Part shown: piece by piece, positions 40,783 to 50,132 of the stretch
How positions within the stretch are numbered: position 1 is the first letter of the stretch
Layout: each line of letters starts with the position of its first letter
NCBI GenBank assembly: GCA_965243635.1
Contig: OZ251574.1
Span: 1,032,188-1,096,187 of the forward strand
From: an uncultured Nitrincola sp.
GTDB lineage: Bacteria > Pseudomonadota > Gammaproteobacteria > Pseudomonadales > Balneatricaceae
Length of the DNA stretch: 64,000 bases
Direction: 5' to 3'
Notes under the pieces: generated by a model
Database searches by the model: none
The model's input: the letters and a program-made list of their open reading frames with translations, nothing else
What the model was told of the DNA's origin: nothing
Program-made: the position numbers and the translations under genes

Positions 40783-41943
40783 ATGAAGGTTTTGAAAATG
40801 TCGTCGCTCGATCTTGCTGGTAAGCGGGTGTTGATTAGAGAGGATTTAAATGTTCCGATAAAAGCGGGCAAAGTCACTTCTGATGCACGTATTAGAGCTT
40901 GTTTAGCAACCATTGAGTTAGCGGTTAACGCCGGCGCTAAAGTTATGCTAATGTCACATTTAGGGCGTCCAACGGAAGGCGAGTACGATGAGCAGTATTC
41001 TCTGGCCCCGGTCGCCGATCATTTAGGGAAATTGTTAAATCGCTCTGTGCCTTTGCTCAAAGATTGGCTGCAAACGCCGATCGAGCTAAATGATGGTGAG
41101 GTTGTCCTGCTGGAAAACGTGCGCTTTAATGTCGGTGAAAAACAGGATGAGCAAGGCTTGGCCAAACAAATGGCCGCGCTGTGTGACGTTTATGTGATGG
41201 ATGCTTTTGGTACTGCGCACCGGGCGCAAGCATCAACCCACGGTGTTGCTAAATTTGCCAAGATCGCCTGTGCCGGACCGTTGCTAGTCGCTGAGCTAGA
41301 GGCGCTGGCTGCGGCATTGAATCAGCCAAAATCACCGATGGTGGCGATTGTCGGCGGCTCAAAAGTATCGACCAAATTGGCTGTCTTAGAATCACTGAGT
41401 AAAAAAGTTGATAGATTGATCGTCGGTGGTGGTATCGCCAATACCTTTTTAGCGGCGGCTGGGTTTCCCGTCGGTAAATCGCTCTGCGAGCACCAGCTAA
41501 TTCCGATCGCTAAAGCGTTGATGGCCAGTACCGATATTCCGCTTCCTACCGATGTTGTAGTGGCGACTGAGTTTTCTGAGACGACAATCGCCACCGTTAA
41601 AGCGGTCGCTGATGTAGCTGAAAACGATATGATTTTAGATATAGGGCCTGAATCGGCACAGGCATTAGCGCTGCTCTTGGGAGATGCGCAAACCATTATT
41701 TGGAATGGACCGGTTGGGGTGTTTGAATTCGAGCAGTTTGCTGGAGGCACCAAAGCAATTGCCATGGCGATCGCCAGTAACCAAGGATTCTCAATAGCCG
41801 GTGGTGGAGATACGCTAGCCGCCGTGGAGAAGTATCAGATTGAAGAGCAAGTCTCTTATATATCGACCGGTGGCGGTGCCTTTTTAGAATTCGTTGAAGG
41901 CAAAGTATTACCTGCCGTGGCAATGTTGGAAAGTAGGGCCTAA
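40783..41943 (+). CDS. pgk: Phosphoglycerate kinase
   Basis: [42 protein letters not shown]. Confidence 0.98.
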   Translation: MKVLKMSSLDLAGKRVLIREDLNVPIKAGKVTSDARIRACLATIELAVNAGAKVMLMSHLGRPTEGEYDEQYSLAPVADHLGKLLNRSVPLLKDWLQTPIELNDGEVVLLENVRFNVGEKQDEQGLAKQMAALCDVYVMDAFGTAHRAQASTHGVAKFAKIACAGPLLVAELEALAAALNQPKSPMVAIVGGSKVSTKLAVLESLSKKVDRLIVGGGIANTFLAAAGFPVGKSLCEHQLIPIAKALMASTDIPLPTDVVVATEFSETTIATVKAVADVAENDMILDIGPESAQALALLLGDAQTIIWNGPVGVFEFEQFAGGTKAIAMAIASNQGFSIAGGGDTLAAVEKYQIEEQVSYISTGGGAFLEFVEGKVLPAVAMLESRA

Positions 41944-41965
41944 ACAGGTTTTTGCGGTCTTTTTG

Positions 41966-41996
41966 CGACGCTAATCGCCAGCGGCGATTAGCGTCG
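41966..41996. other. Perfect 14-bp hairpin between convergent pgk and the HlyU-family gene
   Basis: cgacgctaatcgcc-agc-ggcgattagcgtcg. Confidence 0.7.
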
Positions 41997-42157
41997 AGCT
42001 GATATTTAGCAAGGTGTTGTAGTTGAGGGCTTTTACAGCCTCAAACAATCATCTAGCCAGTTGTCGCAGAAAGGCAAGAGCAGGAAGGTAAATAGCAGAA
42101 TAGTTAGCTTCTATCCTCAATATCCTGCAAATTTCTGGCTGGACTTGTGCAGAGAAG

Positions 42158-42436
42158 CTACTTGAAAATGTCTTCGCCTATTTGGTCGATCATAATTTTG
42201 GCTTTGCGAGTCATTTCTGCGGCGCATTCCTCTTTACTGGCTAATACATCAGCGCGAATAAATTGGTGGCTTTGCTGATCTTTTTCAATGCTGCCATTGA
42301 CCCGGAACTGACTGCCGTCTTGCAGCGGAGCGGGAGTGATCATGTACCCTCGGTATTCCTCGCCCGCCATTTGGCTGGGAGCAGCTGGAGTAGTATCAGT
42401 ACTAAACATGGATCTTAATGACGAAAATAGGCTCAT
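42158..42436 (-). CDS. HlyU-family small protein
   Basis: EYRGYMITPAP, QFRVNGSIEK, HQFIRAD, KIMIDQIGEDIF. Confidence 0.78.
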   Translation of the reverse strand: MSLFSSLRSMFSTDTTPAAPSQMAGEEYRGYMITPAPLQDGSQFRVNGSIEKDQQSHQFIRADVLASKEECAAEMTRKAKIMIDQIGEDIFK

Positions 42437-42585
42437 TTTAGCTCTCTGTAATCAATATTGAAAAATTCTCTAGTGTGCTTAAAATATTGCGATTGATCAA
42501 GTATTAAGTGAGTTGAGAAATAGACGCTTAATTTGAGCTAAGCTAGAATAGAGACGATATTAATTTAGTAATATAAAGGCGAAGT

Positions 42586-42999
42586 ATGCTCTGGGTAAAA
42601 GTTTTTCATATATTGGCAATGACTAGCTGGATGGTGGGGATCTTTTATCTGCCGCGGATTTTTGTACATTTTGTGGATGGCAGTCATGCCGGTGAAGATG
42701 TGCGCCGTCTGCAGATCATGGCAGGTAAGCTGTATCGCTTCATTACGATTATGGCGGCCTTTACCGTCATTTTAGGTTTGTGGTTGTGGCTGGGCTATGG
42801 CTTTAGTGGGGGCTGGTTGCATGCGAAGTTGCTCTTGGTAGTGTTGATGCTCGCCTATCATGTGAATTGCGGTCGTTTAGTTAGGCAAATGGAGGCTGGC
42901 AAACTGGCTAAATCTAGCCGCTATTATCGACTTTACAATGAGCTGCCACTATTGATTTTTTTGCCGATATTAATATTGGTGGTGGTTAAGCCTTTTTAA
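42586..42999 (+). CDS. hemJ: HemJ-like protoporphyrinogen oxidase (CopD/HemJ family)
   Basis: MLWVKVFHI, FYLPRIFV, GWLHAKL, RLYNELP, ILVVVKPF. Confidence 0.75.
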   Translation: MLWVKVFHILAMTSWMVGIFYLPRIFVHFVDGSHAGEDVRRLQIMAGKLYRFITIMAAFTVILGLWLWLGYGFSGGWLHAKLLLVVLMLAYHVNCGRLVRQMEAGKLAKSSRYYRLYNELPLLIFLPILILVVVKPF

Positions 43000-43038
43000 A
43001 AATATGGCAGTGCAATGCTGCTCTTTTCCTTAAAAGCG

Positions 43039-43668
43039 CTAAGTTTTATTAGCTATTTGGCGCTGCAGGTTTTCCTCGAGTAAATTAAGCTTAGCTTCGA
43101 GTCTTTGAACGCTTTGCTGAGCATCATCAACCTCGATAATAAAGCCTTCAGCTTCGGCTCTTGCCGGTAGTGTGTGAATTTCTTCCTGTAGATACTCGGC
43201 TATATTAAGGGTTAAACTCTGCTGAGTGATCTTTAGTTGCCGGCTGCCTGCTGTAAGTATATTGGCTAATTGATGGGCGAGTAGGTCGCCGGTAACGAGG
43301 GCGGTGAGGCCCTGCCAGTCAATATCGGCATTGGCGATTATTTTTTGCAACTGAGTCGCCAGTTGGCTGTCACCTGAAATATTAATACCGTTGCCAAAAA
43401 ACTGGCTGCTTTTATCTTCGGCAGTGGCTAAATTCTTGAAGTTCTGCAAACTTCCTTGGAATACGGTATCGGCATCAGCCATATGTTGGCGCTGTAATTG
43501 GATGCCGTTTTCATAGGGCAGGAGGTAGAAGCTAATCGGCGCATCACTCACCACAAACCGAAAAACTTTACCCGACAGTTTGGACAGTGATTGAGCGGTG
43601 ACTGGATCGCTGTTGATGATTTTGTTGATCGCGCTTTCTAGCAGCAGTATGGCACCCATTTGCAGCAT
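43039..43668 (-). CDS. ubiJ: Ubiquinone biosynthesis accessory factor UbiJ (SCP2 domain)
   Basis: INISGDSQLA, IAEYLQEE, VQRLEAKL. Located downstream of ubiE. Confidence 0.88.
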   Translation of the reverse strand: MLQMGAILLLESAINKIINSDPVTAQSLSKLSGKVFRFVVSDAPISFYLLPYENGIQLQRQHMADADTVFQGSLQNFKNLATAEDKSSQFFGNGINISGDSQLATQLQKIIANADIDWQGLTALVTGDLLAHQLANILTAGSRQLKITQQSLTLNIAEYLQEEIHTLPARAEAEGFIIEVDDAQQSVQRLEAKLNLLEENLQRQIANKT

Positions 43669-43704
43669 TGTCAGAACCTTAATAATTTACTTTATGAAAA
43701 GGAA

Positions 43705-44460
43705 TTACGGTTTGATTGCGGTGTGTAATGCCACGACACCACCGGTCATATTTCGATATTTACACTGCACAAAATCAGCATCCTGCATCATCGATTTTAA
43801 GGTTTCTTGATCGGGATGCATGCGAATAGATTCAGCAAGGTATTGGTAGCTGTCACCATCGCCGGCGATAAGTTCACCCAGCTTGGGCAAAATGTTAAAC
43901 GAGTAGAAATCATAAACACTGGATAACATCGGATTGTTGGTTTTAGAAAATTCCAAGATCATCAGCTTTCCACCGGGTTTTAGTACCCGCTGCATGGAGC
44001 GCAAAGCCGCGTCTTTATCGGTGACGTTTCGCAAGCCAAAGGCAATCGTTATGATATCAAAATGATTATCGGGGAAAGGGAGGCACTCGGCATTTGCCTG
44101 CACAAAATCAATATTGGCAACCGCGCCTTTATCGGTCAGCTTGTCGCGGCCTACTTTAAGCATTGAATCGTTGATGTCTGCCAAGGTGACACGGCCAGTG
44201 CTGCCAACAATGCGGGCAAAACGCAAGGTGAGATCACCAGTGCCTCCGGCAATATCGAGAATTTTCATGCCGTTGCGAGCACCGCTTTGCTCTATGGTCA
44301 GCTTCTTCCAAATGCGATGTATACCACCTGACATCAAATCATTCATGACATCGTACTTAGCGGCGACCGAGTGGAAAACATCGGCAACTCGCTTTACTTT
44401 TTCATCTTTTGGAACTTCTTTAAATCCAAAGTCAGTGGTGTTTTTGTCTGCTTGACTCAT
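43705..44460 (-). CDS. ubiE: Ubiquinone/menaquinone C-methyltransferase UbiE
   Basis: [35 protein letters not shown]. Confidence 0.97.
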   Translation of the reverse strand: MSQADKNTTDFGFKEVPKDEKVKRVADVFHSVAAKYDVMNDLMSGGIHRIWKKLTIEQSGARNGMKILDIAGGTGDLTLRFARIVGSTGRVTLADINDSMLKVGRDKLTDKGAVANIDFVQANAECLPFPDNHFDIITIAFGLRNVTDKDAALRSMQRVLKPGGKLMILEFSKTNNPMLSSVYDFYSFNILPKLGELIAGDGDSYQYLAESIRMHPDQETLKSMMQDADFVQCKYRNMTGGVVALHTAIKP

Positions 44461-44536
44461 AACTATTTATCGCTTTGATTAGGTTGCGGTAATTGTAGCG
44501 CCGATCGGCAAAGATGGGAATCAGTTTACCGGATAA

Positions 44537-44908
44537 TCAGCCTAAACCAATTAATCCGGCGTCTCTATTCTGGCCGGATTTCTCAAGGTTTTGCAAATAG
44601 GTCTGCCAGTACTGATCGTGATTAACACTTAAATCGTGTAAGTAATCCCAGGTAAATAATCCGCTGTCATGGCCGTCATCAAAGCTAATCTTCAGCGCAT
44701 AATTGCCGGTTATTTCAATGTTGGTAATGCCGACAAATTTTTTGTGAGTTTGTAAAGTCTCTTGGCCTACCCCGTGGCCACGCACCTCAGCGGAGGGCGA
44801 GTGCACTCTAAGGTACTCGGCGCGTAACTCATAGCTGCCCGAGGAAAAAGTCAGTTCTAAGCTCTTGGACTTTTTATGTAGCTTTATATCGCTGGGAGTA
44901 GTGCTCAT
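44537..44908 (-). CDS. DUF971 (gamma-butyrobetaine hydroxylase N-terminal-like) protein
   Basis: EYLRVHSPSAEVRGHG, GNYALKISFDDGHDSGLFTW. Confidence 0.88.
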   Translation of the reverse strand: MSTTPSDIKLHKKSKSLELTFSSGSYELRAEYLRVHSPSAEVRGHGVGQETLQTHKKFVGITNIEITGNYALKISFDDGHDSGLFTWDYLHDLSVNHDQYWQTYLQNLEKSGQNRDAGLIGLG

Positions 44909-45013
44909 TATTGCGCTCCTATCAATGTCTGCAGCAAGCGGTCTAGTTACTCAAGATCAACATCGCTGTTAGTATCAGCAAGGCAGCTCTTGAGCTTGGA
45001 TGCGCTATTGGCT

Positions 45014-46354
45014 TTAGAGGATATAGTGACTTAAATCTTGATCTTCGCTCACTTGCTCCAAGTGCAGATTGACGTAGTCAGTGTCAATTAAAATACTGTC
45101 TCCAGACTGGTCGCTGGCTTTAAAAGACAGCTCTTCCAACAGGCGTTCCATCATTGTATGCAAGCGTCTGGCGCCGATGTTCTCGGTTTGTTCGTTGACC
45201 TGAAATGCCAGTTCTGCAATCCTAGCGATTCCTTCATCACTGAAGCTAATCGACACGCCTTCAGTCTTCATTAGCGCTTGGTACTGTTCAGTTAATGAGG
45301 CTTTAGGCTCAACTAAAATGCGTCGAAAGTCATCGGCAGTTAAGGCGTTCAGTTCAACTCTGATTGGCAGGCGGCCCTGCAGTTCTGGGATCAAATCAGA
45401 GGGTTTAGCTAAGTGGAAAGCTCCAGATGCAATAAACAAAATATGGTCGGTTTTAACCATCCCGTATTTAGTGCTCAAGGTGCAGCCTTCGATGAGCGGC
45501 AATAGATCTCTCTGCACGCCCTCACGGGAGACATCGCCACCTGATCCAGAGTCAGCGCGCTTGCATACTTTATCTATCTCATCGAGAAAAACGATGCCGT
45601 TTTGTTCAACTGCATAGATAGCTTTTTGCTTAATATCGTCTTCTTTGATTAATTTTGCCGCTTCATCATCGATTAGGGCTTTATAGGCATCCTTGACGGT
45701 TAGTCGCTGAGTGGTCTTCTTTTGACTGCCGATACTAGAAAACATATTTTGCAGTTGGCTGGTCATTTCTTCCATTCCAGGAGGAGCCATTATTTCAACC
45801 GCCGCCGAGGACTGGGCAAGTTCAATTTCGATTTCTTTTTCGTCTAAATCACCTTCGCGGAGTTTTTTACGAAAAATTTGTCGAGTTGCACTCTGTGTTT
45901 CAGGGGCGCTGTCAGTACTGTCAAAATTACTGTCTCTAGCCGGAGTTAGCAGTACATCCAGCAAGCGTTCCTCGGCGATATCTTCGGCGCGTAAGCGCAC
46001 CTTTTTAGTCTCTTGCTCGCGGACCATTTTGATTGCCATATCTACCAAATCGCGAATAATTGTTTCTACATCGCGGCCTACATAGCCAACTTCAGTGAAT
46101 TTAGTCGCTTCTATCTTGATAAAAGGCGCGTTAGCCAGCTTAGCTAAGCGGCGTGCTATCTCGGTTTTACCAACACCTGTCGGGCCGATCATTAAAATAT
46201 TTTTAGGTGAAACTTCAGTGCGCAGTTCTTCATTTAATTGCATGCGACGCCAGCGGTTGCGCAAGGCGATCGCGACTGCTCTTTTAGCGGAGTCCTGACC
46301 AATAATGTGGCGGTCTAGTTCGTGTACTATTTCGCGGGGGGTCATGTCAGACAT
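45014..46354 (-). CDS. hslU: ATP-dependent protease ATPase subunit HslU
   Basis: [44 protein letters not shown]. Confidence 0.98.
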   Translation of the reverse strand: MSDMTPREIVHELDRHIIGQDSAKRAVAIALRNRWRRMQLNEELRTEVSPKNILMIGPTGVGKTEIARRLAKLANAPFIKIEATKFTEVGYVGRDVETIIRDLVDMAIKMVREQETKKVRLRAEDIAEERLLDVLLTPARDSNFDSTDSAPETQSATRQIFRKKLREGDLDEKEIEIELAQSSAAVEIMAPPGMEEMTSQLQNMFSSIGSQKKTTQRLTVKDAYKALIDDEAAKLIKEDDIKQKAIYAVEQNGIVFLDEIDKVCKRADSGSGGDVSREGVQRDLLPLIEGCTLSTKYGMVKTDHILFIASGAFHLAKPSDLIPELQGRLPIRVELNALTADDFRRILVEPKASLTEQYQALMKTEGVSISFSDEGIARIAELAFQVNEQTENIGARRLHTMMERLLEELSFKASDQSGDSILIDTDYVNLHLEQVSEDQDLSHYIL

Positions 46355-46892
46355 TAGGCGTCTCCTGTACTGAAACTAGTGTTTTGATAACTTGGTTGTG
46401 GTTGGTAAAGACGCAGATGTCAGCGGCTATATGCAAGCTTTTTTCGACAATAGTCGCGGCATCTAATTGCGTATTAGCAACTAAGGCCATGGCGGCAGCG
46501 TGGGCAAAGTTGCCCCCAGAGCCAATAGCGATGACGCCGTGTTCAGGTTCGATAACATCGCCAGTACCTGAGAGTAGGTAGGTCTTTTCCTTGTTGGCGA
46601 CTAGCATGAGTGCCTCTAGGCGGCGCAATACTTTATCACTGCGCCACTCTCTGGCTAAGTGGATCACGGCATTGACTATATTACCTTGATGTTTGTCTAG
46701 CTGTTGTTCAAATAAGTCACGCAAGGTGATCGCGTCGGCAGTCGATCCGGCAAAGCCAGTGATAACTTGGTACTTAGCTAATAAATTAACTTTTTTAGCG
46801 CTGCCTTTCATTACCGTGTTGCCAAGTGATACTTGGCCGTCGCCGCCAACTGCTACACAGTCGCCACGACGTACAGAAACTATAGTGGTCAT
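46347..46892 (-). CDS. hslV: ATP-dependent protease peptidase subunit HslV
   Basis: N-terminal [29 protein letters not shown]. Confidence 0.97.
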   Translation of the reverse strand: MTTIVSVRRGDCVAVGGDGQVSLGNTVMKGSAKKVNLLAKYQVITGFAGSTADAITLRDLFEQQLDKHQGNIVNAVIHLAREWRSDKVLRRLEALMLVANKEKTYLLSGTGDVIEPEHGVIAIGSGGNFAHAAAMALVANTQLDAATIVEKSLHIAADICVFTNHNQVIKTLVSVQETPNV

Positions 46893-46948
46893 AGGTGGTG
46901 TTTACCTTGAATATATTGATAATTGGTATGCATTTACAAAACAATCTT

Positions 46949-46975
46949 TATGGTGAATAGTTGGCACGTTTGCAG
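46949..46975 (-). promoter_or_regulatory. Putative sigma32 promoter of hslVU
   Basis: Minus strand reads CTGCAAA-13-CACCATA, compared with the consensus CTTGAAA-13/15-CCCCAT. Confidence 0.4.
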
Positions 46976-47153
46976 CGGGCTGTGGTTTGCTATAACGGCT
47001 TGCAATATTTTCGGCCACTGTATTTCCAGCCACTGTTCAGTGCTAGTAACAGCCCTTTTTATGGAGGGAAACTAATTAGACTATGGTTGCGAATTTATTA
47101 AATTCAACCTAGATTTTCTCTTTCAGCGCAAAAAAAACAGTGCTTAATAGTGG

Positions 47154-47169
47154 CTGTACAGTAATACAG
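47154..47169. promoter_or_regulatory. LexA (SOS) box match
   Basis: CTGT-ACAGTAAT-ACAG fits CTGT-N8-ACAG exactly. Confidence 0.45.
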
Positions 47170-47324
47170 GAGTGATCAGGCCAACTTATTTCGCTGAATA
47201 GTCGGCTTGTGACTGGCTTTTAGCGATTAATAGTTGCTGCTAGAGGCAGTGTCTGCCTTGGATGGAGATGTGTTAATATTTCCATAATATAGCTGTCATC
47301 AGGGTAGCTGGTGCAGAACTTGTT

Positions 47325-48113
47325 TTAGCGGACAAGAACCTGCATTGGATTGATTTTCATTTTTTTTAGTTTGTTAAGCGCCGCTTTTAAGTGATTAAGA
47401 GTGAGGAAAGGGCCAGTTCTTACTCTGTACCAAGTACCGTTTGCTGAAGTGATTTTTTGTACTGTCACCTTGGGTAGATTGTTGAGTAATAATCTGACTT
47501 TCATATTCTCGGCATCCTTTTGATTGCGGAAAGAGCCGGTTTGCAACAACGTTTTGTTTTTTAGTTTGACTATTTTAGGGGTGGATTTATAAGCCGCTAT
47601 AGTCTCGGTTTCCACGGTGTTCTTAACTAGTATTTCATAAAACTGATACGGCGCCTTTTGGGTGGCCTCGGTCGATTTATCAGTGACGGGAACAGCCGCT
47701 ACCGATTTTTTTCGCTCGCTTGATTTTGCAGAAGAGTTGCCAGTCGCTAGCGCTTTGCTGGTTTTCTTTGCCGTTGTATTTAGGTTGGGTAACGGCTCTT
47801 TGGTCTCCGGTAGTTCAGGTGTTACTTGCTGCTGGTTAATTTTGCTTTCAATCAGCGCTGAAATTCCGCTTTCACGGATTTCTTTGGGATCTACATGGCT
47901 AAGTTGCAGCAGTAAGTAACTAATGCCAGCTATCATAAGTACGCCGGCGATGATCATTTTCCAAGGCTTGCCAGCCGCTTGCTGCTGGGCTTTAGCTGGG
48001 GAAGATTTTACCGCTGCACTCGGAGAGGGTTTTTTTACCGGCGCAGGTCTACTGCTACTGGCCGGCTGGCCGCCGTTGCGCTTCTTAGTGACATAATCTT
48101 TCCTAGAGGCCAT
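47325..48113 (-). CDS. ftsN: SPOR-domain cell division protein (FtsN-like)
   Basis: Basic N-terminus, one TM segment, YQFYEIL, SPOR motifs LQTGSFRN and WYRVRTGPF. Located downstream of argS. Confidence 0.75.
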   Translation of the reverse strand: MASRKDYVTKKRNGGQPASSSRPAPVKKPSPSAAVKSSPAKAQQQAAGKPWKMIIAGVLMIAGISYLLLQLSHVDPKEIRESGISALIESKINQQQVTPELPETKEPLPNLNTTAKKTSKALATGNSSAKSSERKKSVAAVPVTDKSTEATQKAPYQFYEILVKNTVETETIAAYKSTPKIVKLKNKTLLQTGSFRNQKDAENMKVRLLLNNLPKVTVQKITSANGTWYRVRTGPFLTLNHLKAALNKLKKMKINPMQVLVR

Positions 48114-48120
48114 TTTTTGA

Positions 48121-49881
48121 TTACATCCGCTGTGGAGCGTCTACCCCGAGTAGGGATAATCCATTGGCTAATACTTGCTTGACGCCAGTACTTAATGTGA
48201 TGCGAGCATTTCTTAGCTCGGCATCTTCGATCAACATCTTATTGGAGTTGTAGTAAGTATGGAATTCACTAGCAAGCTCTTTTAAGTAGTTGGCAACTAA
48301 ATGCGGCTCGTAATTAGTGGCGGCATTTTTTATCGTTTCAGGATACCTGGCCAATTGATTGAGCAGTGCTTTTTCGGCGTCATCTGTTGAATCGCCGAGC
48401 ACGCGCAGTCCAGTGGCTAGGTCCAGCTGCCACTCGCTATCGTTGAGTTTGCTCAACACGCTGCAAATTCGAGCATGGGCATACTGAATGTAATAGACGG
48501 GGTTGTCTTTGGATTGTGATTTAGCGAGCTCTAAATCGAAGTCCATGTGGTTGTCAGCTTTACGGGTCACATAAAAGAACCGGCAGGCGTCTTTACCCAC
48601 TTCGCCCCGCAATTCACGCAAAGTGACAAAGGATCCCGAGCGAGTTGACATTTGTACGCGCTCACTACCGCGATACAAGATAGCGAACTGGACTAGTTTG
48701 ACAGTTAATCGCTGCGGGTCGTACCCCAGCGCTTGGATTGCCGCTTTAACACGGGTGATATAGCCGTGGTGATCGGCACCCCAAATATTAACCACTTTGT
48801 CAAAACCGCGATCAAATTTATTCATATGATAGGCAATATCAGAGGCGAAATAAGTTGTCGCACCGTTGGCGCGTTTTACAACACGGTCTTTGTCATCGCC
48901 AAAATCGGTGGATTTGAACCAAATATTGCCTTCTTTTTCGTACAGATTACCATTTTCTTGCAGGCGGTTAAGCGCCTTGTCGACATCGCCAGTGCTGGTT
49001 AAAGAGCGCTCTGAAAACCATTCTTGATAGTCGATGCCAAAGCCGGATAAATCATCGCGAATATCATCGCGAATAGCAGTTAGACCGACTTGAAATAATT
49101 CTTGGAATGCAGTTTCTCCCAACAGTTGACGGCAGCGGGCAATCACGGCATCTATGTATCTTTCTTTATCGCCACCTTGTGGCTCATCCAGTGGTAGCTC
49201 GGCAAAAACTTGCTCGCTGCTAAAACTGAATTTATCCGAGTACTGTGCTTTTACCTGCTCGGCGATGTCGTAAACATACTGACCTTTATAGGCATTCGCC
49301 GGGAAAACGAAGCTGGCACCGCACTGCTCTAAATAGCGTAACCAGACACTGACTGCGAGTATATCCATTTGTCGACCGGCATCGTTGACATAGTATTCAC
49401 GTGATACCTGGGCGCCGTTAGCGGCTAAAATATCGGCAACAGTTGCCCCGTAAGCGGCCCCTCTGCCGTGACCGACATGCAGAGGACCAGTAGGATTGGC
49501 TGAGACGAACTCTACTTGGATTTTTTCAGCGCTAAGCTCTGTGGAGCATCCAAACTCAGTAGTTTGTTCAAATATATCCTCTAGTACTTTAGTTGCTGAG
49601 GCACTGGTGATGAAAAAATTAATAAAACCTGGGCCGGCAATTTCTGTCTTGCTTAAAATATCGGAAGCGGGCAGTGCCTGAGTAATTAATGTTGCAATCT
49701 CACGTGGGTTGCGTCGCGCAGGTTTAGCCAGTGTCATAGCAATGTTCGAGGCTAAATCACCATGACTTTTGTCGCGGGTGTTTTCAACCATTATGCTGGG
49801 GCTAATACCTTTGGGAAGCGAACCGTTCTGGACTAAAGTATCAAGCGCCGCTTGAATAAGTCCCGTGATGTGTTGTTTCAT
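48121..49881 (-). CDS. argS: Arginine--tRNA ligase
   Basis: VEFVSANPTGPLHVGHGRG, WGADHHGY, MSTRSG, YIQYAHAR. Confidence 0.97.
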   Translation of the reverse strand: MKQHITGLIQAALDTLVQNGSLPKGISPSIMVENTRDKSHGDLASNIAMTLAKPARRNPREIATLITQALPASDILSKTEIAGPGFINFFITSASATKVLEDIFEQTTEFGCSTELSAEKIQVEFVSANPTGPLHVGHGRGAAYGATVADILAANGAQVSREYYVNDAGRQMDILAVSVWLRYLEQCGASFVFPANAYKGQYVYDIAEQVKAQYSDKFSFSSEQVFAELPLDEPQGGDKERYIDAVIARCRQLLGETAFQELFQVGLTAIRDDIRDDLSGFGIDYQEWFSERSLTSTGDVDKALNRLQENGNLYEKEGNIWFKSTDFGDDKDRVVKRANGATTYFASDIAYHMNKFDRGFDKVVNIWGADHHGYITRVKAAIQALGYDPQRLTVKLVQFAILYRGSERVQMSTRSGSFVTLRELRGEVGKDACRFFYVTRKADNHMDFDLELAKSQSKDNPVYYIQYAHARICSVLSKLNDSEWQLDLATGLRVLGDSTDDAEKALLNQLARYPETIKNAATNYEPHLVANYLKELASEFHTYYNSNKMLIEDAELRNARITLSTGVKQVLANGLSLLGVDAPQRM

Positions 49882-50081
49882 TGAGAATAATTACCAGAAA
49901 GAGAATAAAAGTGCCTTTAAGCACAGAGTTAAGCACAGTATTATCTCTTGTTGTCAGTAGAATTTAAAGCTTTTCTTAAATCAATCCTTGATTGTGTAAA
50001 AAAGCCCCGGTCTTTAGATATTAGCTGAATCAGTACCGTTGGGTAATTGCCGATGGCTGCTTAGGGGGCTTTGAGCAAGTT

Positions 50082-50101
50082 ACACACACACACACACACA
50101 C
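50082..50101. repeat. (AC)10 dinucleotide microsatellite
   Basis: acacacacacacacacacac. Confidence 0.95.
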
Positions 50102-50132
50102 CTCGATGTGCAGAGCTATCTGAAAAACTTCC

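Noticed and set aside
46961-46974. Sigma54 promoter TGGCACG...TTGC
   Set aside because: The GG-to-GC spacing is too short for -24/-12. The similar motif near 53181 has spacing that is too long.
50024-50034. Possible ninth family A end (gctgaatcagt)
   Set aside because: Only about 10 nt match and there is no adjacent element body.
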